The notes: a model not told the origin generated them from the letters alone. Positions 26,508-38,888 are shown, counted from the first letter of the stretch. The stretch is 64,000 nucleotides of DNA from Candidatus Alloenteromonas pullicola (GCA_018714785.1 DVMV01000015.1:732-64731); one strand, 5' to 3'. Translations and numbers: made by a program.

Positions 26508-28748
26508 ATGAAGAAAACACCGATTATCGCCATCGCGCCTTTGCTGGCGCTGGCATCCTGCGGGCCGACGAGCTCGAGTTCCTCGTCGGTCCCCTCTAGC
26601 AGCGACGAGTCCTCATCATCGACCGCGCTTACGGCCGATGAGCTCAAGCAGGCTTTGACCAAGCAAGAGGGATTCTGCTATTCGGGGACCCTGACCATCA
26701 CCGACGTCCTTTCGGTCGCCGGCAGCGACTCAAGCGAGATCAAAGGCTGCATAAGCGGATCCGAATACTATATGAGCGAGGTCGCCCCGACCTACGAATC
26801 GACCCTGCATTACCACCGCGACGACGATGGTTTCCTCACCGTCCCCACGATGATGAGGGACAACACGGTCGAGGATGTGATTCAGACCGACATCGATTCG
26901 ACCACCCTTGAGGAGTACAACCTCAAGTTCGACGATTTCTTCCACAACCCTTGGAACGATATCGCCGATGGGGCTTTCAAAGAAGAGGACGGGAAGGTCC
27001 GGGTCGAGATACCCGAGGAATCGGGGCTTTACTTCGGCTACGTCATGACCGGCTACACCGACCTCGCCCCCGAGGCTTTTGAGTTTGTCCGGCAAGGTGG
27101 GGCGATACGCGGTTCGATGATCGTGCCGCTATTGGACTACGTTACCAGCAAGATAGAGGTCAGCTTCGAGTTCTCCGTCCTTACTTTGGATGAGCTCTCG
27201 ATCCCCGAGCTCGCCCCATATGAGCCGTCGGAGAGCCAAAGCGAGCTTGAGCGGGCCTTCGAGTCGCTAAAGGGGATGAACTACACCGTCTCATTGCTAG
27301 ACGACGACAAGACCGCGAACAACGCCGACGTCAAAGTGGACATGAAGGTCACCGACGGGCTCATCGTGGTCAAGCAAGACGGCGAAAACCCATATGGCTA
27401 CATCAAGACCGGCGAGGGCGAGATGGAAAGCTTCACGGTCGACGATGATGGCGTCGTCAGGGGAACCGCCCTCCCGTTTGAGGGAACCGTCGCCTCGCTC
27501 ATCGAGGCCGACTATTCCACCTCCGCCTCGCTTTTCCGCCCGGTCGAAGGCAAGCCCGGGACCTATCTGTTGGCGCCTGAGGCGACTTCCTACGCCAAAT
27601 ACAACGACCCGGCCTACCCGATAGACACCTCGATAGAGATGGCCAACCCCGGAACCTTCCTCTTCTCGATAACCGAAGGCGGGTTCGAAATCACCTACGA
27701 TTACTACTATGCCTTCGGCGCCGCCGTCTACGATGGCACCGTCACCATAGCCATCACCGAGGTCGGGACCACCCAGGCCGAGTACACGCTAGACGACTTG
27801 GTGGCCTTCGTCCCGCCCGCGAGCTGGGAAGAGCTTGGCGCGACCGCTTCGATCTCGCCTTGGCTCGCCGGCCACCCCGAGGTATTGCCATACCCGACCT
27901 ACGAGATGGGCGCGAAGGCGGTCGAGACCCTCGACACCGAGGAATACTTTGGCATCTACGCCACCCCGATCGAGGAGGGCAAGGAGAGCGATCTGATGGA
28001 CGCCTACGTCGAGGCCTTGACTTCCGCCGGCTGGCGCGAGGAGGATGGCGGCTACGTCTATTACATCGACGGGAACGCTTTGACCTGCTCGGTCTCGGTC
28101 TATGACGGATCCGTCCTCATCTACCTCTATACCCCGACCTCGACCAATGCCCTGACCACGCTTTTCCGCGGCACCTTGGCCGCAAACCCCAATTCGACCG
28201 TCACCCTATCCATAACCGATACGACTTATAGCGACTATGGCACGGCCGCCCAGCAGGCGACCAGCCGGAAGACCTTCGATTACTTCTATGAATTCGACTC
28301 CAATTCCGCGCATGCCAAGGTTACCGCCGATGGGGAGCTCACCCGCGACGACTACTACATCCCCGAGGGAACCAAGGTCAATCAGTACAGCTATCTGACC
28401 GGAAGCCTTGAATACGTTGATTGGTGGAAGAGCCTGATCACCAGCAACCTGTTCACCTGGTACGACTTCTACACCAGCGAGATGGACGGGATCGCCGAAC
28501 AAGGCGATGGCGCCTTCATGGTGTCCGGCAAGGCTTTGAACCGGATATTGGTCATCCTCACGCAGTATGAGGAGAAGTATACCGGCGACGACTTCGGCTC
28601 CATGCAGGCCTTCTACGACCAGGAGGCCGGCACCGTCACCGGGACCGCCACCAAGGCTACCGCCCAGGGCAGTTTGACCAGGGTGCTCAGCCTCAGCCTC
28701 ACCATCTCCGACATCGGCACGACCGAGATCGACTTCCCCTCGAAGTGA
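26508..28748 (+). CDS. Large lipoprotein (746 aa), function unknown
   Basis: GGAGG lies 9 nt before the ATG at 26508. The signal peptide plus lipobox is MKKTPIIAIAPLLALASC, followed by a Ser-rich linker. Confidence 0.8.
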   Translation: MKKTPIIAIAPLLALASCGPTSSSSSSVPSSSDESSSSTALTADELKQALTKQEGFCYSGTLTITDVLSVAGSDSSEIKGCISGSEYYMSEVAPTYESTLHYHRDDDGFLTVPTMMRDNTVEDVIQTDIDSTTLEEYNLKFDDFFHNPWNDIADGAFKEEDGKVRVEIPEESGLYFGYVMTGYTDLAPEAFEFVRQGGAIRGSMIVPLLDYVTSKIEVSFEFSVLTLDELSIPELAPYEPSESQSELERAFESLKGMNYTVSLLDDDKTANNADVKVDMKVTDGLIVVKQDGENPYGYIKTGEGEMESFTVDDDGVVRGTALPFEGTVASLIEADYSTSASLFRPVEGKPGTYLLAPEATSYAKYNDPAYPIDTSIEMANPGTFLFSITEGGFEITYDYYYAFGAAVYDGTVTIAITEVGTTQAEYTLDDLVAFVPPASWEELGATASISPWLAGHPEVLPYPTYEMGAKAVETLDTEEYFGIYATPIEEGKESDLMDAYVEALTSAGWREEDGGYVYYIDGNALTCSVSVYDGSVLIYLYTPTSTNALTTLFRGTLAANPNSTVTLSITDTTYSDYGTAAQQATSRKTFDYFYEFDSNSAHAKVTADGELTRDDYYIPEGTKVNQYSYLTGSLEYVDWWKSLITSNLFTWYDFYTSEMDGIAEQGDGAFMVSGKALNRILVILTQYEEKYTGDDFGSMQAFYDQEAGTVTGTATKATAQGSLTRVLSLSLTISDIGTTEIDFPSK

Positions 28749-28753
28749 GCAAG

Positions 28754-28777
28754 GCCCGCTTAGGCGGGTCTTTTTTT
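28754..28777 (+). terminator. Rho-independent terminator after the lipoprotein gene
   Basis: CCCGC-TTAG-GCGGG hairpin followed by TCTTTTTTT. Confidence 0.75.
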
Positions 28778-28817
28778 GCGCTTTCACCGCTTTATTGTTT
28801 TCCTATTGCCTATTAAA

Positions 28818-29954
28818 ATGGGCGCCATGGAAAAGCTAAGCGGGCCCGCGGCCAAGCAGATATCATCCTCCTGCCTTGGCTGCGCATCGCCGCGGTGCGA
28901 GGACGCCTGCCCGCTGCGCAACCCGATTCGGGAATGCCTGTCCCTGGTTAGGTCTGGCGAACCGGGGCGGGCCGCCGAATTGCTTTACTCATCCAACCCG
29001 TTCCCCGAGCTGACCTCGGCCCTCTGCGGGCATTTCTGCCAGCAGCGGTGCATCAAGGGCTTCGCTGGGTCGCCAATCGATTTCGGATTGGTCGAGGGCT
29101 ATCTGTCCTCATTTGTCGATGCGGCGGAGAAACGGCCTTCAAACGGCCGCAAGGTGGCCATCATCGGAGCCGGGCCCGCGGGGCTTTCCTGCGCATATGG
29201 GCTGCTTTTGCGGGGATTCTCGGTCGAGGTATTCGATTCTCAGGACGGCATCGGCGGGGCCATACGGGAGTTCATCCCGCGCTTCCGCTTCGACGATGGG
29301 GCGCTGAAGAGGATATATGGGCGGCTGACCGGCCTAGGATGTCGCTTCCACCTCGGGTCGCCCATCGACTTATCGAAGCCGCTCGAGGGGTTTGAGGCGA
29401 CTTTCGCCGCGGTGGGGGCCAACGAGCCAAACCTCGCCGACTTCGTCCTCTCGGACAAGGTGGTCGATGGCCTAAGCTTCCTAAAAGCGGCCAAGTGGGG
29501 CAATCCGCGTTACCCTGATGACTTACCGGCCTACGTATATGGTGGGGGCAACGTGGCCTTCGACGCCGCGAGGACCCTTGCCAGGCTTGGCGTCAAGGCG
29601 AAGGTGATCTATCGGCGCGGGGAGGCGCAGATGCCAGGCGATGCCAAGGAGTATCGCCGCTGCTTGGAAGACGGGGTTGAGTTCATGTTCCAGCGGTCCA
29701 TCGTCTCCGCGGGAGGCAACTTGCGCATATGCCATACCGCCTTGGGCGAGAAGGGGAAGGATGGCCGGGCGAGCTTCCTCGTTATACCGGGCAGCGAGGA
29801 GGACATCCCCTATGGGCTGCTCGTCCTTTGCATCGGGCAGAGGCGCCCTATCTGCGGTGATGGCCTCATCTGCATCGGCGACGCCAAGGGAGGGGCCAGC
29901 GACATCCCCCACGCCATCGCTTCCGGACTCAATGCCGGCAACGGGTATATTTAA
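28818..29954 (+). CDS. GltD-like FAD/NAD(P)-binding oxidoreductase (related to the glutamate synthase small subunit)
   Basis: The N-terminus is Cys-rich (CLGCASPRCEDACP...CGHFCQQRC). The dinucleotide fold is VAIIGAGPAGLSCAYGL...GIGG, with a second fold, YVYGGGNVAFDAART. The start is ambiguous (28818 or 28827). The listed start at 28776 overlaps the upstream terminator. Confidence 0.8.
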   Translation: MGAMEKLSGPAAKQISSSCLGCASPRCEDACPLRNPIRECLSLVRSGEPGRAAELLYSSNPFPELTSALCGHFCQQRCIKGFAGSPIDFGLVEGYLSSFVDAAEKRPSNGRKVAIIGAGPAGLSCAYGLLLRGFSVEVFDSQDGIGGAIREFIPRFRFDDGALKRIYGRLTGLGCRFHLGSPIDLSKPLEGFEATFAAVGANEPNLADFVLSDKVVDGLSFLKAAKWGNPRYPDDLPAYVYGGGNVAFDAARTLARLGVKAKVIYRRGEAQMPGDAKEYRRCLEDGVEFMFQRSIVSAGGNLRICHTALGEKGKDGRASFLVIPGSEEDIPYGLLVLCIGQRRPICGDGLICIGDAKGGASDIPHAIASGLNAGNGYI

Positions 29955-30048
29955 TATACGATTTTGCCTTTTTTGTTCATTTGCCAGTTCCGCGAGATTG
30001 ACTAAAAGAGGTTATTTTTTAAAATCATCTTAAGCGGGAGGGTCGTCT

Positions 30049-30753
30049 ATGGGTGAGATCATGGTGGCTAATGGCGTCAGGAAGGTTTTCGGCTCCGGTG
30101 AGGGGCAGGTTGTTGCGCTAAAAGACGTCAGCTTCACCATCAACCGGGGCGAGCTTGCCATAATACTAGGGCCTTCCGGGGCCGGGAAATCCACTTTGCT
30201 GAACCTAATTGGCGGAATGGACGTCGTCACCTCCGGATCGCTTTTGGTCGACGGCGAGGACATCGGCCACGCCAGCCGGAAGGAACTCACCGAATACCGG
30301 CGCACCAAGATAGGCTTCGTCTTCCAATTCTACAATCTAATGCCGAACCTAACCGCGCGGGAGAACATCGAGCTCGCGACCGAGCTTAAGAAGGACGCCC
30401 TCTCGCCCGACTCGATATTGGATTCGGTCGGCCTGTCGGACAGGAAGGACAATTTCCCATCCCAGCTTTCGGGAGGTGAGCAGCAGCGGGTTTCGCTGGC
30501 CCGGGCTTTGGCCAAGAACCCCGATATCATCCTCTGCGATGAGCCGACCGGGGCCTTGGACTACGAGACCGGCAAGGAAATATTGAGCCTTTTGTCCAAG
30601 GCGGCCAGGGTTCAGGGGAAAACCGTCATCATCGTGACCCACAATTCCGCGTTGAAGGACATGGGAGATCATTTGCTGCGGATAAAAAACGGCGAGATAG
30701 TGCTGGATGAGCGCAACAGCTCGCCAATGGATATCAAGGACATCGAGTGGTAA
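30049..30753 (+). CDS. ABC transporter ATP-binding protein (MacB/LolD-like)
   Basis: [38 protein letters not shown] and VTHN are present. An SD sequence (GGGAGGG) lies upstream. Confidence 0.9.
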   Translation: MGEIMVANGVRKVFGSGEGQVVALKDVSFTINRGELAIILGPSGAGKSTLLNLIGGMDVVTSGSLLVDGEDIGHASRKELTEYRRTKIGFVFQFYNLMPNLTARENIELATELKKDALSPDSILDSVGLSDRKDNFPSQLSGGEQQRVSLARALAKNPDIILCDEPTGALDYETGKEILSLLSKAARVQGKTVIIVTHNSALKDMGDHLLRIKNGEIVLDERNSSPMDIKDIEW

Positions 30754-30757
30754 CGCT

Positions 30758-32638
30758 ATGACCGCCTTTTGGAAGACTGTTTGGAGGACCATATGGTCGA
30801 ACAAAGGCCGATTCTTGGCCAATTTTGTCATATGCCTCCTCTCGGTGGCGCTTTCAAGCGGGCTGGCGGCCTTGCCAGATAGCTTTGAGCAATCTTTCGT
30901 TTCGGCCTACACCAACAACCCGCCCGACCTGATCGTGAAATCAACTTCCGACGAAGGGCTTTCCGAAGAGCAGATTCAGGCGGTTGGCGGGCTAGACGGG
31001 GTCGATGAGACCTTCCCGTTCATGTCCTTCGATTTCCTAAGCGGGGAATCGTATTATCGGCTATACATCGTTTCCTTCTCGAATATGGATATCGGCTATC
31101 CCGAGCTCACCAGCGGTTCGATTCCTTCCTCTTGGGACCAGGTCCTCGCCTTTGGCAACGACCTCAATCCGTCGCCTTATGCGGTCGGGTCGACCATAAC
31201 CGACATCGACTTCTACTCAACTTTCAAGCAGGCCATACCCGATTCGTTGGAATGGATGTTTCAGTTCCCGGAGTCGTTTGAGGTGACTGGGATCGCCTCA
31301 AATTCGCTTTATCGTTCGGCCAGCCGCGACGTAGCCTACCTTGAATCGGATGAGACGAAGTACCTAGACGGGGTCTTCTACATCAACGCCGATTCCCCGC
31401 AGTGGGATGGGGTGCTCACGAAGAACTTGCTGGTCAACACCGATCTCTATGTTCGGGCCAAGGGTGATTACGCCTATTTCACCGACGGCTACAAGCAGGA
31501 CATGGATGACCTAAGCAAGCGGGTCAAAACGGCCGTCGGGCATGGCTGCGAGGTCCTCACGATGGAGGAGAACACGACATATGCCCTCTTCAAATACTAC
31601 AACGACAAAGTTGAGAAGATTTCCTATGTGCTGCCATGGTTCTTCGTCGTCATATGCGCTTTGATAAACCTCATCACCATGCAGCGGCTCATGAAGGATG
31701 AGCGGAGCGAGATCGGATGCTACTCCTCGCTTGGATTCCATAAGCGGCAGATCGCCTTCAAGTTCTTGTTCTTCGCCTTCCTCTCCTCGGCTTTCGGATG
31801 CCTGATCGGCTACTTCCTGGGAACGCCGTTAATTCCCCTTCTTATCTTCCCGGCCTACAACAAGACGTTCGTGATGGGCGATTTCTCCTCGACTTTCATG
31901 AATGGGTTCGGGATCGGCGTGGCCATCGGCGTGGTCGTGGTGTCGCTTGGGGTGACCACCTACATAGCCCTCAGCTATTTGCGCGAATCGCCGGCCGACC
32001 TATTGAAGGACAAATCGCCGAAGCCCGGGAAGAAAATCCTGCTCGAGCGGATAAAACCGGTTTGGAAGATGCTTTCGTTCTCCTGGAAGAGCTCGATTCG
32101 CAACATCTTCAGGCAGAAGAAGAACCTGATCCTGACCGCGCTCTCGGTCATCGGGGGCACGGTGATAATCATGCTTGGGTTCGCTTTGAACGACGCCTCC
32201 GCCGCCTTGGAAGGCGATGAGCTTTTCGGCGACGTCGCCTCCTCGATGGGGCAGATAAGCTCGTTCATCATCCTCTTCGCCATCGCCATGGCAATAACGG
32301 TCATCTATTCGTTGGCAAACATGAACATCGAGGACAGGAAACGCGAGATCGCCACGCTGAAGGTGCTTGGCTACCACGATATCGAATGCTCGCTATACAC
32401 CTTCCGCGAGATCATATTCATCGTCGTATTGGCCTCGGCATTGGGGGTCGGGGTCGGGACCGGAGTCGTGTATTGGATGTTCTCGTTCTTGGGGTTTGGC
32501 ACCATCGGGGACGTTGAGTGGTATTCCTATCTGGCGAGCCCGATCCTGATCATCGTGTCCACCATCGTGGTCAGCCTGCTGCTGTTCCCCAACATCAGGC
32601 GGATCGATATGAACAGCTCGCTTAAGTCAGTCGAGTGA
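30758..32638 (+). CDS. ABC transporter permease, FtsX/MacB family with two FtsX modules
   Basis: I start at the ATG at 30758 (MTAFWKTVWRTIWSNKGRF). A large extracytoplasmic domain follows TM1, and the TM bundle plus FtsX-type helices occur twice. Confidence 0.85.
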   Translation: MTAFWKTVWRTIWSNKGRFLANFVICLLSVALSSGLAALPDSFEQSFVSAYTNNPPDLIVKSTSDEGLSEEQIQAVGGLDGVDETFPFMSFDFLSGESYYRLYIVSFSNMDIGYPELTSGSIPSSWDQVLAFGNDLNPSPYAVGSTITDIDFYSTFKQAIPDSLEWMFQFPESFEVTGIASNSLYRSASRDVAYLESDETKYLDGVFYINADSPQWDGVLTKNLLVNTDLYVRAKGDYAYFTDGYKQDMDDLSKRVKTAVGHGCEVLTMEENTTYALFKYYNDKVEKISYVLPWFFVVICALINLITMQRLMKDERSEIGCYSSLGFHKRQIAFKFLFFAFLSSAFGCLIGYFLGTPLIPLLIFPAYNKTFVMGDFSSTFMNGFGIGVAIGVVVVSLGVTTYIALSYLRESPADLLKDKSPKPGKKILLERIKPVWKMLSFSWKSSIRNIFRQKKNLILTALSVIGGTVIIMLGFALNDASAALEGDELFGDVASSMGQISSFIILFAIAMAITVIYSLANMNIEDRKREIATLKVLGYHDIECSLYTFREIIFIVVLASALGVGVGTGVVYWMFSFLGFGTIGDVEWYSYLASPILIIVSTIVVSLLLFPNIRRIDMNSSLKSVE

Positions 32639-33685
32639 ATCCTCGGCGATCGCGTAATGGGCGGCCTTGTCCTTCTTCGCCCTCATCAAGGCCTCGTCCA
32701 CGAGGCGGATCGACTGCCCTTCTTCCTTTGGGGCATCGAAGCATAGCCCAAAGCTAAGGCTTATCCCGGAATCCTTTAGGTTGTCGTTGACCATGCCGAT
32801 GCGCTTTATGAGCTCTTGCCGCGAAAGGCGGGAGAGGATTAGGAACTCGTCCCCGCCATAGCGGTATGGGTGGGCGAAGTACTTCTCGAGGACGGATCCG
32901 ACCTTGACGATCGCTTTGTCCCCATATGGATGCCCGTGGGCATCGTTGATCTCCTTGAAGTTGTCGATGTCGCCCATTATCAAAGAGTAGGGCTTGGCGG
33001 CATAGCGGGAGAAATCGGCCTCGAAGCGCCTGCGGTTGTATAGCCCCGATAGCTCATCGGTGTAGGACTGCTGATACAGCCGAAGCCTATTCTCGTAGAA
33101 GTCCTGCCTGGTGTAATAGTCGGCGAAAGTTATGCCGATCATCGCCAACACGAAGGTTACGATGCTAACCCATTCGTTGGCTTCCAACGGGCGGACATGG
33201 TAATGGACGGAAAGCGAGTATGATAGTCCTCCGGCGAACTGCAGGAAGGCGGTAAGGAACGGGTCGACGACCAGAATGCAAGGTATCAGGGCCATCGTTG
33301 CGAAGAAAGCCGTTTGGCCGCCGCTGCCCGTCTTGATGTCAAGATATCCGTGGGCGGTTCCGTATAGGACCATGAACGTAGCCACGAAGGCGTAGTAGAT
33401 GCAGTAGGGGATTTCCTTTTTGGTCGTGATCCAAGTCCGGCTGATCCCTAATAGGGCCAAGCTTCCTATTGAGATTGCGACCATCAGCGAGCACAGCGTC
33501 ATGTAGATCGCAAAGGCCTGGGTTTCGCCATCGGAACAGGTGATTCCGAAATATATGCCCCCGGCGGCTCCGAAAACAAGCAGCGCGATGCTGAGAACCT
33601 TAAGAATTGCGGCCCTTTTGGTCAAGGCGTAGCCGATGCTGCGCATTCTCAGGACAAACGGGTTGCTGCGCTTCATCCTGCTCAT
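32627..33685 (-). CDS. Membrane-bound diguanylate cyclase (GGDEF)
   Basis: About six N-terminal TM helices are followed by LSGLYNRRRF...GDIDNFKEINDAHGH..GD...YRYGGDEFLIL. Confidence 0.88.
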   Translation of the reverse strand: MSRMKRSNPFVLRMRSIGYALTKRAAILKVLSIALLVFGAAGGIYFGITCSDGETQAFAIYMTLCSLMVAISIGSLALLGISRTWITTKKEIPYCIYYAFVATFMVLYGTAHGYLDIKTGSGGQTAFFATMALIPCILVVDPFLTAFLQFAGGLSYSLSVHYHVRPLEANEWVSIVTFVLAMIGITFADYYTRQDFYENRLRLYQQSYTDELSGLYNRRRFEADFSRYAAKPYSLIMGDIDNFKEINDAHGHPYGDKAIVKVGSVLEKYFAHPYRYGGDEFLILSRLSRQELIKRIGMVNDNLKDSGISLSFGLCFDAPKEEGQSIRLVDEALMRAKKDKAAHYAIAEDSLD

Positions 33686-34734
33686 TTCCCCGCCTCCCTA
33701 TAGGTCATTCCCGATTTGGATCTCTTCGATTCGTAAAGGGCCTTGTCGGCTTCCTCGACGGCGTCGGCGGCATCGAGATTCGAATCGCAAAGGCAATAGC
33801 CGAACGAGATCTCGATTCCGTCTGCCCTGAGGTCGTCCATCGTCGCCTTGAGGCGCGTTTCAACCTTCTGCAGCCCGCCGCGGCCGATTATCGAGAACTC
33901 GTCGCCGCCATAGCGATAGGCCATCTCAAACCGCCTGCCGATAGCCTCCCCGGTCTTCGATATCACCTCGTCGCCGGCTTGGTGGCCTTCCCGATCATTG
34001 ATCGATTTCAGGCAATCTAGGTCGCCGAAGGCCAAGACGAAAGGCTTCCCCTTTCTTAGCTCCTCGACAATGTCGGCGTCGAACTTGCGGCGGTTCCCAA
34101 GCCCCGAAAGCTCGTCGATGGTGGCGCTCACCTGCAGCTTATCCAGCTTTCGGCGCGTCCTCATCTCGTAAATGGAAGCGATGAACCCGGCAAAGACCGA
34201 CAGGATGGCGAAGGCTATATAGTTTATGCAGTCATTGGGCAAAAGGCCGTTCGGAGAGGCAAAGGCGATTGACGGAAGAAGCGAGCATACCGAGGCGGCC
34301 GACAGAAGCGCGTAGTAATAAGGGTCGATCAGAAGCAGGGCGGCAACTACGATTTCCAGCAGGAAATAAGCCGATGAGAAGGTCCCGTTGCAGGAATCGA
34401 CGTAGGCGAACCCCACGGCGGCGAGGCAGTAGGCAAAGTCGGTCACCATCATCGAATAGAAAACCAACTTGCGCGATTTTTTCGGTTTACCTGTATTTTT
34501 AGCCGATAGCCCAATCGCGACTATCGAAAAGACCGACGAGGAGATGAGGAGGGCGTTGAGGGAGAGGCGGAGATAATCAAGGCTGCCGCCCAACCCGACA
34601 ATCAGCCCTTGGATCATGGAGGCTAGGCAGATGGCCGCAACGCCAAAAAGCAATATGCCGACGGTGAGGCGCCGCTTCATAAGCAGGTCAACAAGCAACT
34701 TGTGGCTTATTTTGAAATGACTGACTGACACCAT
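33682..34734 (-). CDS. Membrane-bound diguanylate cyclase (GGDEF), paralog of the downstream gene
   Basis: Same architecture: LSGLGNRRKF...GDLDCLKSINDREGH..GD...YRYGGDEFSII. A 4-nt overlap links it to the next gene. The start is uncertain (34734 or 34680). Confidence 0.85.
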   Translation of the reverse strand: MVSVSHFKISHKLLVDLLMKRRLTVGILLFGVAAICLASMIQGLIVGLGGSLDYLRLSLNALLISSSVFSIVAIGLSAKNTGKPKKSRKLVFYSMMVTDFAYCLAAVGFAYVDSCNGTFSSAYFLLEIVVAALLLIDPYYYALLSAASVCSLLPSIAFASPNGLLPNDCINYIAFAILSVFAGFIASIYEMRTRRKLDKLQVSATIDELSGLGNRRKFDADIVEELRKGKPFVLAFGDLDCLKSINDREGHQAGDEVISKTGEAIGRRFEMAYRYGGDEFSIIGRGGLQKVETRLKATMDDLRADGIEISFGYCLCDSNLDAADAVEEADKALYESKRSKSGMTYREAGK

Positions 34735-34941
34735 TGGATAAGTATTTATTTAAACAAAAATCCTTTTTACGTCAATATAACTGCTCCTCTATCGCCTTAA
34801 TAGGCAGAAAAAGAAAAGGCGTGTTTGTGACCGAGAACGTCAATTAAAAAATCGCAAATCAAAATATTTGTAGGAAAACCACCAAATTTCCTTCCATTGC
34901 CTCGTTTTTGCCCCTTAATTTTCAAAACCTGCCTCGATTTT

Positions 34942-34969
34942 TTGAATTTTTGCGCATTTGGTGAATAAT
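34942..34969 (+). promoter_or_regulatory. Sigma-70-like promoter immediately upstream of the ATG at 34976
   Basis: TTGAAT - 16 nt - AATAAT. Only 6 nt separate the -10 element from the ATG, and no SD sequence is present. Confidence 0.4.
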
Positions 34970-34975
34970 CATTAC

Positions 34976-35539
34976 ATGGAGAGCAGCAATTCCACCCCGC
35001 TGACGATGCTGGAAGCCGGTTCGCTGGCGTATCGTTTTGGGGTGGTTTGCCGGTTGGTCCGCGACGAGCTGCTGCCTGAGCTAGACCCACCGATATACCA
35101 AGGGTTCCTGACGATATTCGCCACCACCTACATCCTTTTGCCCCTCGCTAGGGCTGACGAGGATCTGCTCAGCTACCTACCGCCTATCCTGGTTGAGGCT
35201 TACGAATATCGCCGCGTGGAGATGGATGGGTACGTATATACGTTCCCGGATAGGCCGGTCAGCGACGATATGCTGGACATGGGGATTCTCTTCGTTGCCC
35301 TGTGCTGGGGGATAGAGAAAGGCGACAACCCTTTCTCCCACCTCAATTATCTGTTTTGCTCCTCTGAGCAGATCGGCTCCTCGATAAAGAAGGGATACGG
35401 CCTATTCGACGATGGTTCCGGGTACGTTTCGGCCGCAAGAGCGGCAATAACGATGTGCGAAACGGATCGCAAGTCCGCACTGAATTCGATAATGGCCAAA
35501 TTATTGGCCATAAAGCAGGCCATAAGCCGCAAGAATTGA
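34976..35539 (+). CDS. Hypothetical protein (187 aa)
   Basis: I use the ATG within listed ORF 34958..35539 ([15 protein letters not shown]...). No motif recognised. Confidence 0.5.
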   Translation: MESSNSTPLTMLEAGSLAYRFGVVCRLVRDELLPELDPPIYQGFLTIFATTYILLPLARADEDLLSYLPPILVEAYEYRRVEMDGYVYTFPDRPVSDDMLDMGILFVALCWGIEKGDNPFSHLNYLFCSSEQIGSSIKKGYGLFDDGSGYVSAARAAITMCETDRKSALNSIMAKLLAIKQAISRKN

Positions 35540-35544
35540 AATTT

Positions 35545-35571
35545 CTAGCACTCACCACTTGCGAGTGCTAA
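35545..35571. promoter_or_regulatory. CIRCE operator (HrcA binding site) upstream of clpB
   Basis: CTAGCACTC-ACCACTTGC-GAGTGCTAA matches the consensus TTAGCACTC-N9-GAGTGCTAA at 17 of 18 positions. A possible overlapping promoter is TTGCGA - 16 nt - TATTAT. Confidence 0.88.
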
Positions 35572-35612
35572 TTTTTGTCATATTATTTATACTGTTCGAA
35601 GGAGGTGAGCAT

Positions 35613-37736
<2,124 letters not shown>

Positions 37737-37740
37737 TAAG

Positions 37741-37767
37741 GCCGGAGGCTCAACCTCCGGCTTTTTT
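37741..37767 (+). terminator. Rho-independent terminator after clpB
   Basis: GCCGGAGG-CTCAA-CCTCCGGC hairpin followed by TTTTTT. Confidence 0.85.
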
Positions 37768-37801
37768 GCGCCTTAAGGAAACTATTTCGAGGTGCTAGAA
37801 T

Positions 37802-38842
37802 ATGCCCATGGTTACCATCGCTACCCTGTCTGAGGGACGTAAGAAGAGAAAGACGGCCTCGATGCCGGTGTTCGGCGCTATATTCCTGGCAGTGCTCCTG
37901 CTCGGCGTATTGTGCAAGCTCCTGCTCGGAAAGGCCTCCATGCTAGATGATCTGTACTCGCGGGTCATCGTCTATATCCTCGGGACGCCTTATTCGCTGG
38001 TCGACCTGATGCCCGACTATGGGTGGTTCGCCTTCTGCCTGCCAGGATGCCTGCTCATCTTCATCCATTCCGCCAGGGCTGCCGGTAGGAAGATAGGCTA
38101 CCTTATACTGGTTATCCTTGAGGTCCTTTCCTTCATCGGCGGGTATGGCCTGTGGGCGATAAACCTTTTTGCGCTCTCCTACATCCCGGTCGATTATCAC
38201 GACTTGCTGCTTACCATCTACCGCTATTGCTCCTATGCCTGCGTTGGCATCCACGCCCTCGCCGCTTTCCTGACCCTGTTCGATTCGCTGTTGCTCGGGA
38301 ATAGGTTCCGCGAGGTGTATAAACTGCGCAGAATCCGCCTCGATTACGCAAAAACGATGGATGATAAGGCCGCCGCGGCCAAGGAATTCAAAAGGCTCTG
38401 GGCCAAGCGCCTGTATTCCGAGATGCTTGAGTTCCTCTATGAGCCTTATTGGAGCCTCGACTCGGCGCTGCCGCTGGATAAAGGCGCCATAGAGTACCTG
38501 ATATACTCGGGGGGAATCTACCGGAAGAAAGGCGAGGAGGTTAGGCTTAGGGAGCTTTGCGCCACCGGGCAGATCACCTCCTTGAAGCTTGAGCGCGCCC
38601 ACATCAAGGAAGAATACGAGAAGGGGATCGGCGACAAGCGCTTCGTCGACCCAGCGACCGTCGCCCCCTATCTGAAGAGCATCGCCGACCGGAACCGCAT
38701 CGAGGTGGAGTCCAACGCCCCCTCCGAGAAGCTGCTCAAGCAGGCCAAGAAGGAGGAGCTCAAGGCCAAGAAGGAGATGCAGAGGCTTCAGAAGGCCGAC
38801 ATTAAGAAAGCCGGGGAATACAGCATCCCCCAAAGCCGATAA
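37802..38842 (+). CDS. Hypothetical membrane protein with a charged C-terminal coiled-coil region
   Basis: GAGGTG lies 7 nt upstream. About five TM helices are followed by a Lys/Glu-rich tail. Confidence 0.6.
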   Translation: MPMVTIATLSEGRKKRKTASMPVFGAIFLAVLLLGVLCKLLLGKASMLDDLYSRVIVYILGTPYSLVDLMPDYGWFAFCLPGCLLIFIHSARAAGRKIGYLILVILEVLSFIGGYGLWAINLFALSYIPVDYHDLLLTIYRYCSYACVGIHALAAFLTLFDSLLLGNRFREVYKLRRIRLDYAKTMDDKAAAAKEFKRLWAKRLYSEMLEFLYEPYWSLDSALPLDKGAIEYLIYSGGIYRKKGEEVRLRELCATGQITSLKLERAHIKEEYEKGIGDKRFVDPATVAPYLKSIADRNRIEVESNAPSEKLLKQAKKEELKAKKEMQRLQKADIKKAGEYSIPQSR

Positions 38843-38850
38843 GGAAAAAG

Positions 38851-38881
38851 AAAAGGCGCCGCGGCGAGCGACGCCTTTTTT
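38851..38881. terminator. Bidirectional terminator between convergent genes
   Basis: AAAA-GGCGCCGC-GGCGA-GCGACGCC-TTTTTT, with one mismatch in the stem. Confidence 0.7.
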
Positions 38882-38888
38882 CCAATCG

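Noticed and set aside
26560-26640. Ser/Thr-rich stretches after the lipoboxes of the large lipoproteins (also at 60440..60600), considered as possible tandem repeats or phase-variable tracts.
   Set aside because: At the DNA level they use mixed codons without exact nucleotide repeats. They look like ordinary low-complexity stalk linkers rather than slippage-prone simple-sequence repeats.
35559-35612. The 18-codon extension of clpB upstream of the ATG at 35613 ([18 protein letters not shown]).
   Set aside because: It starts at a non-ATG codon inside the CIRCE element and has no ClpB homology. The ATG at 35613 has a GGAGGTG site at ideal spacing.
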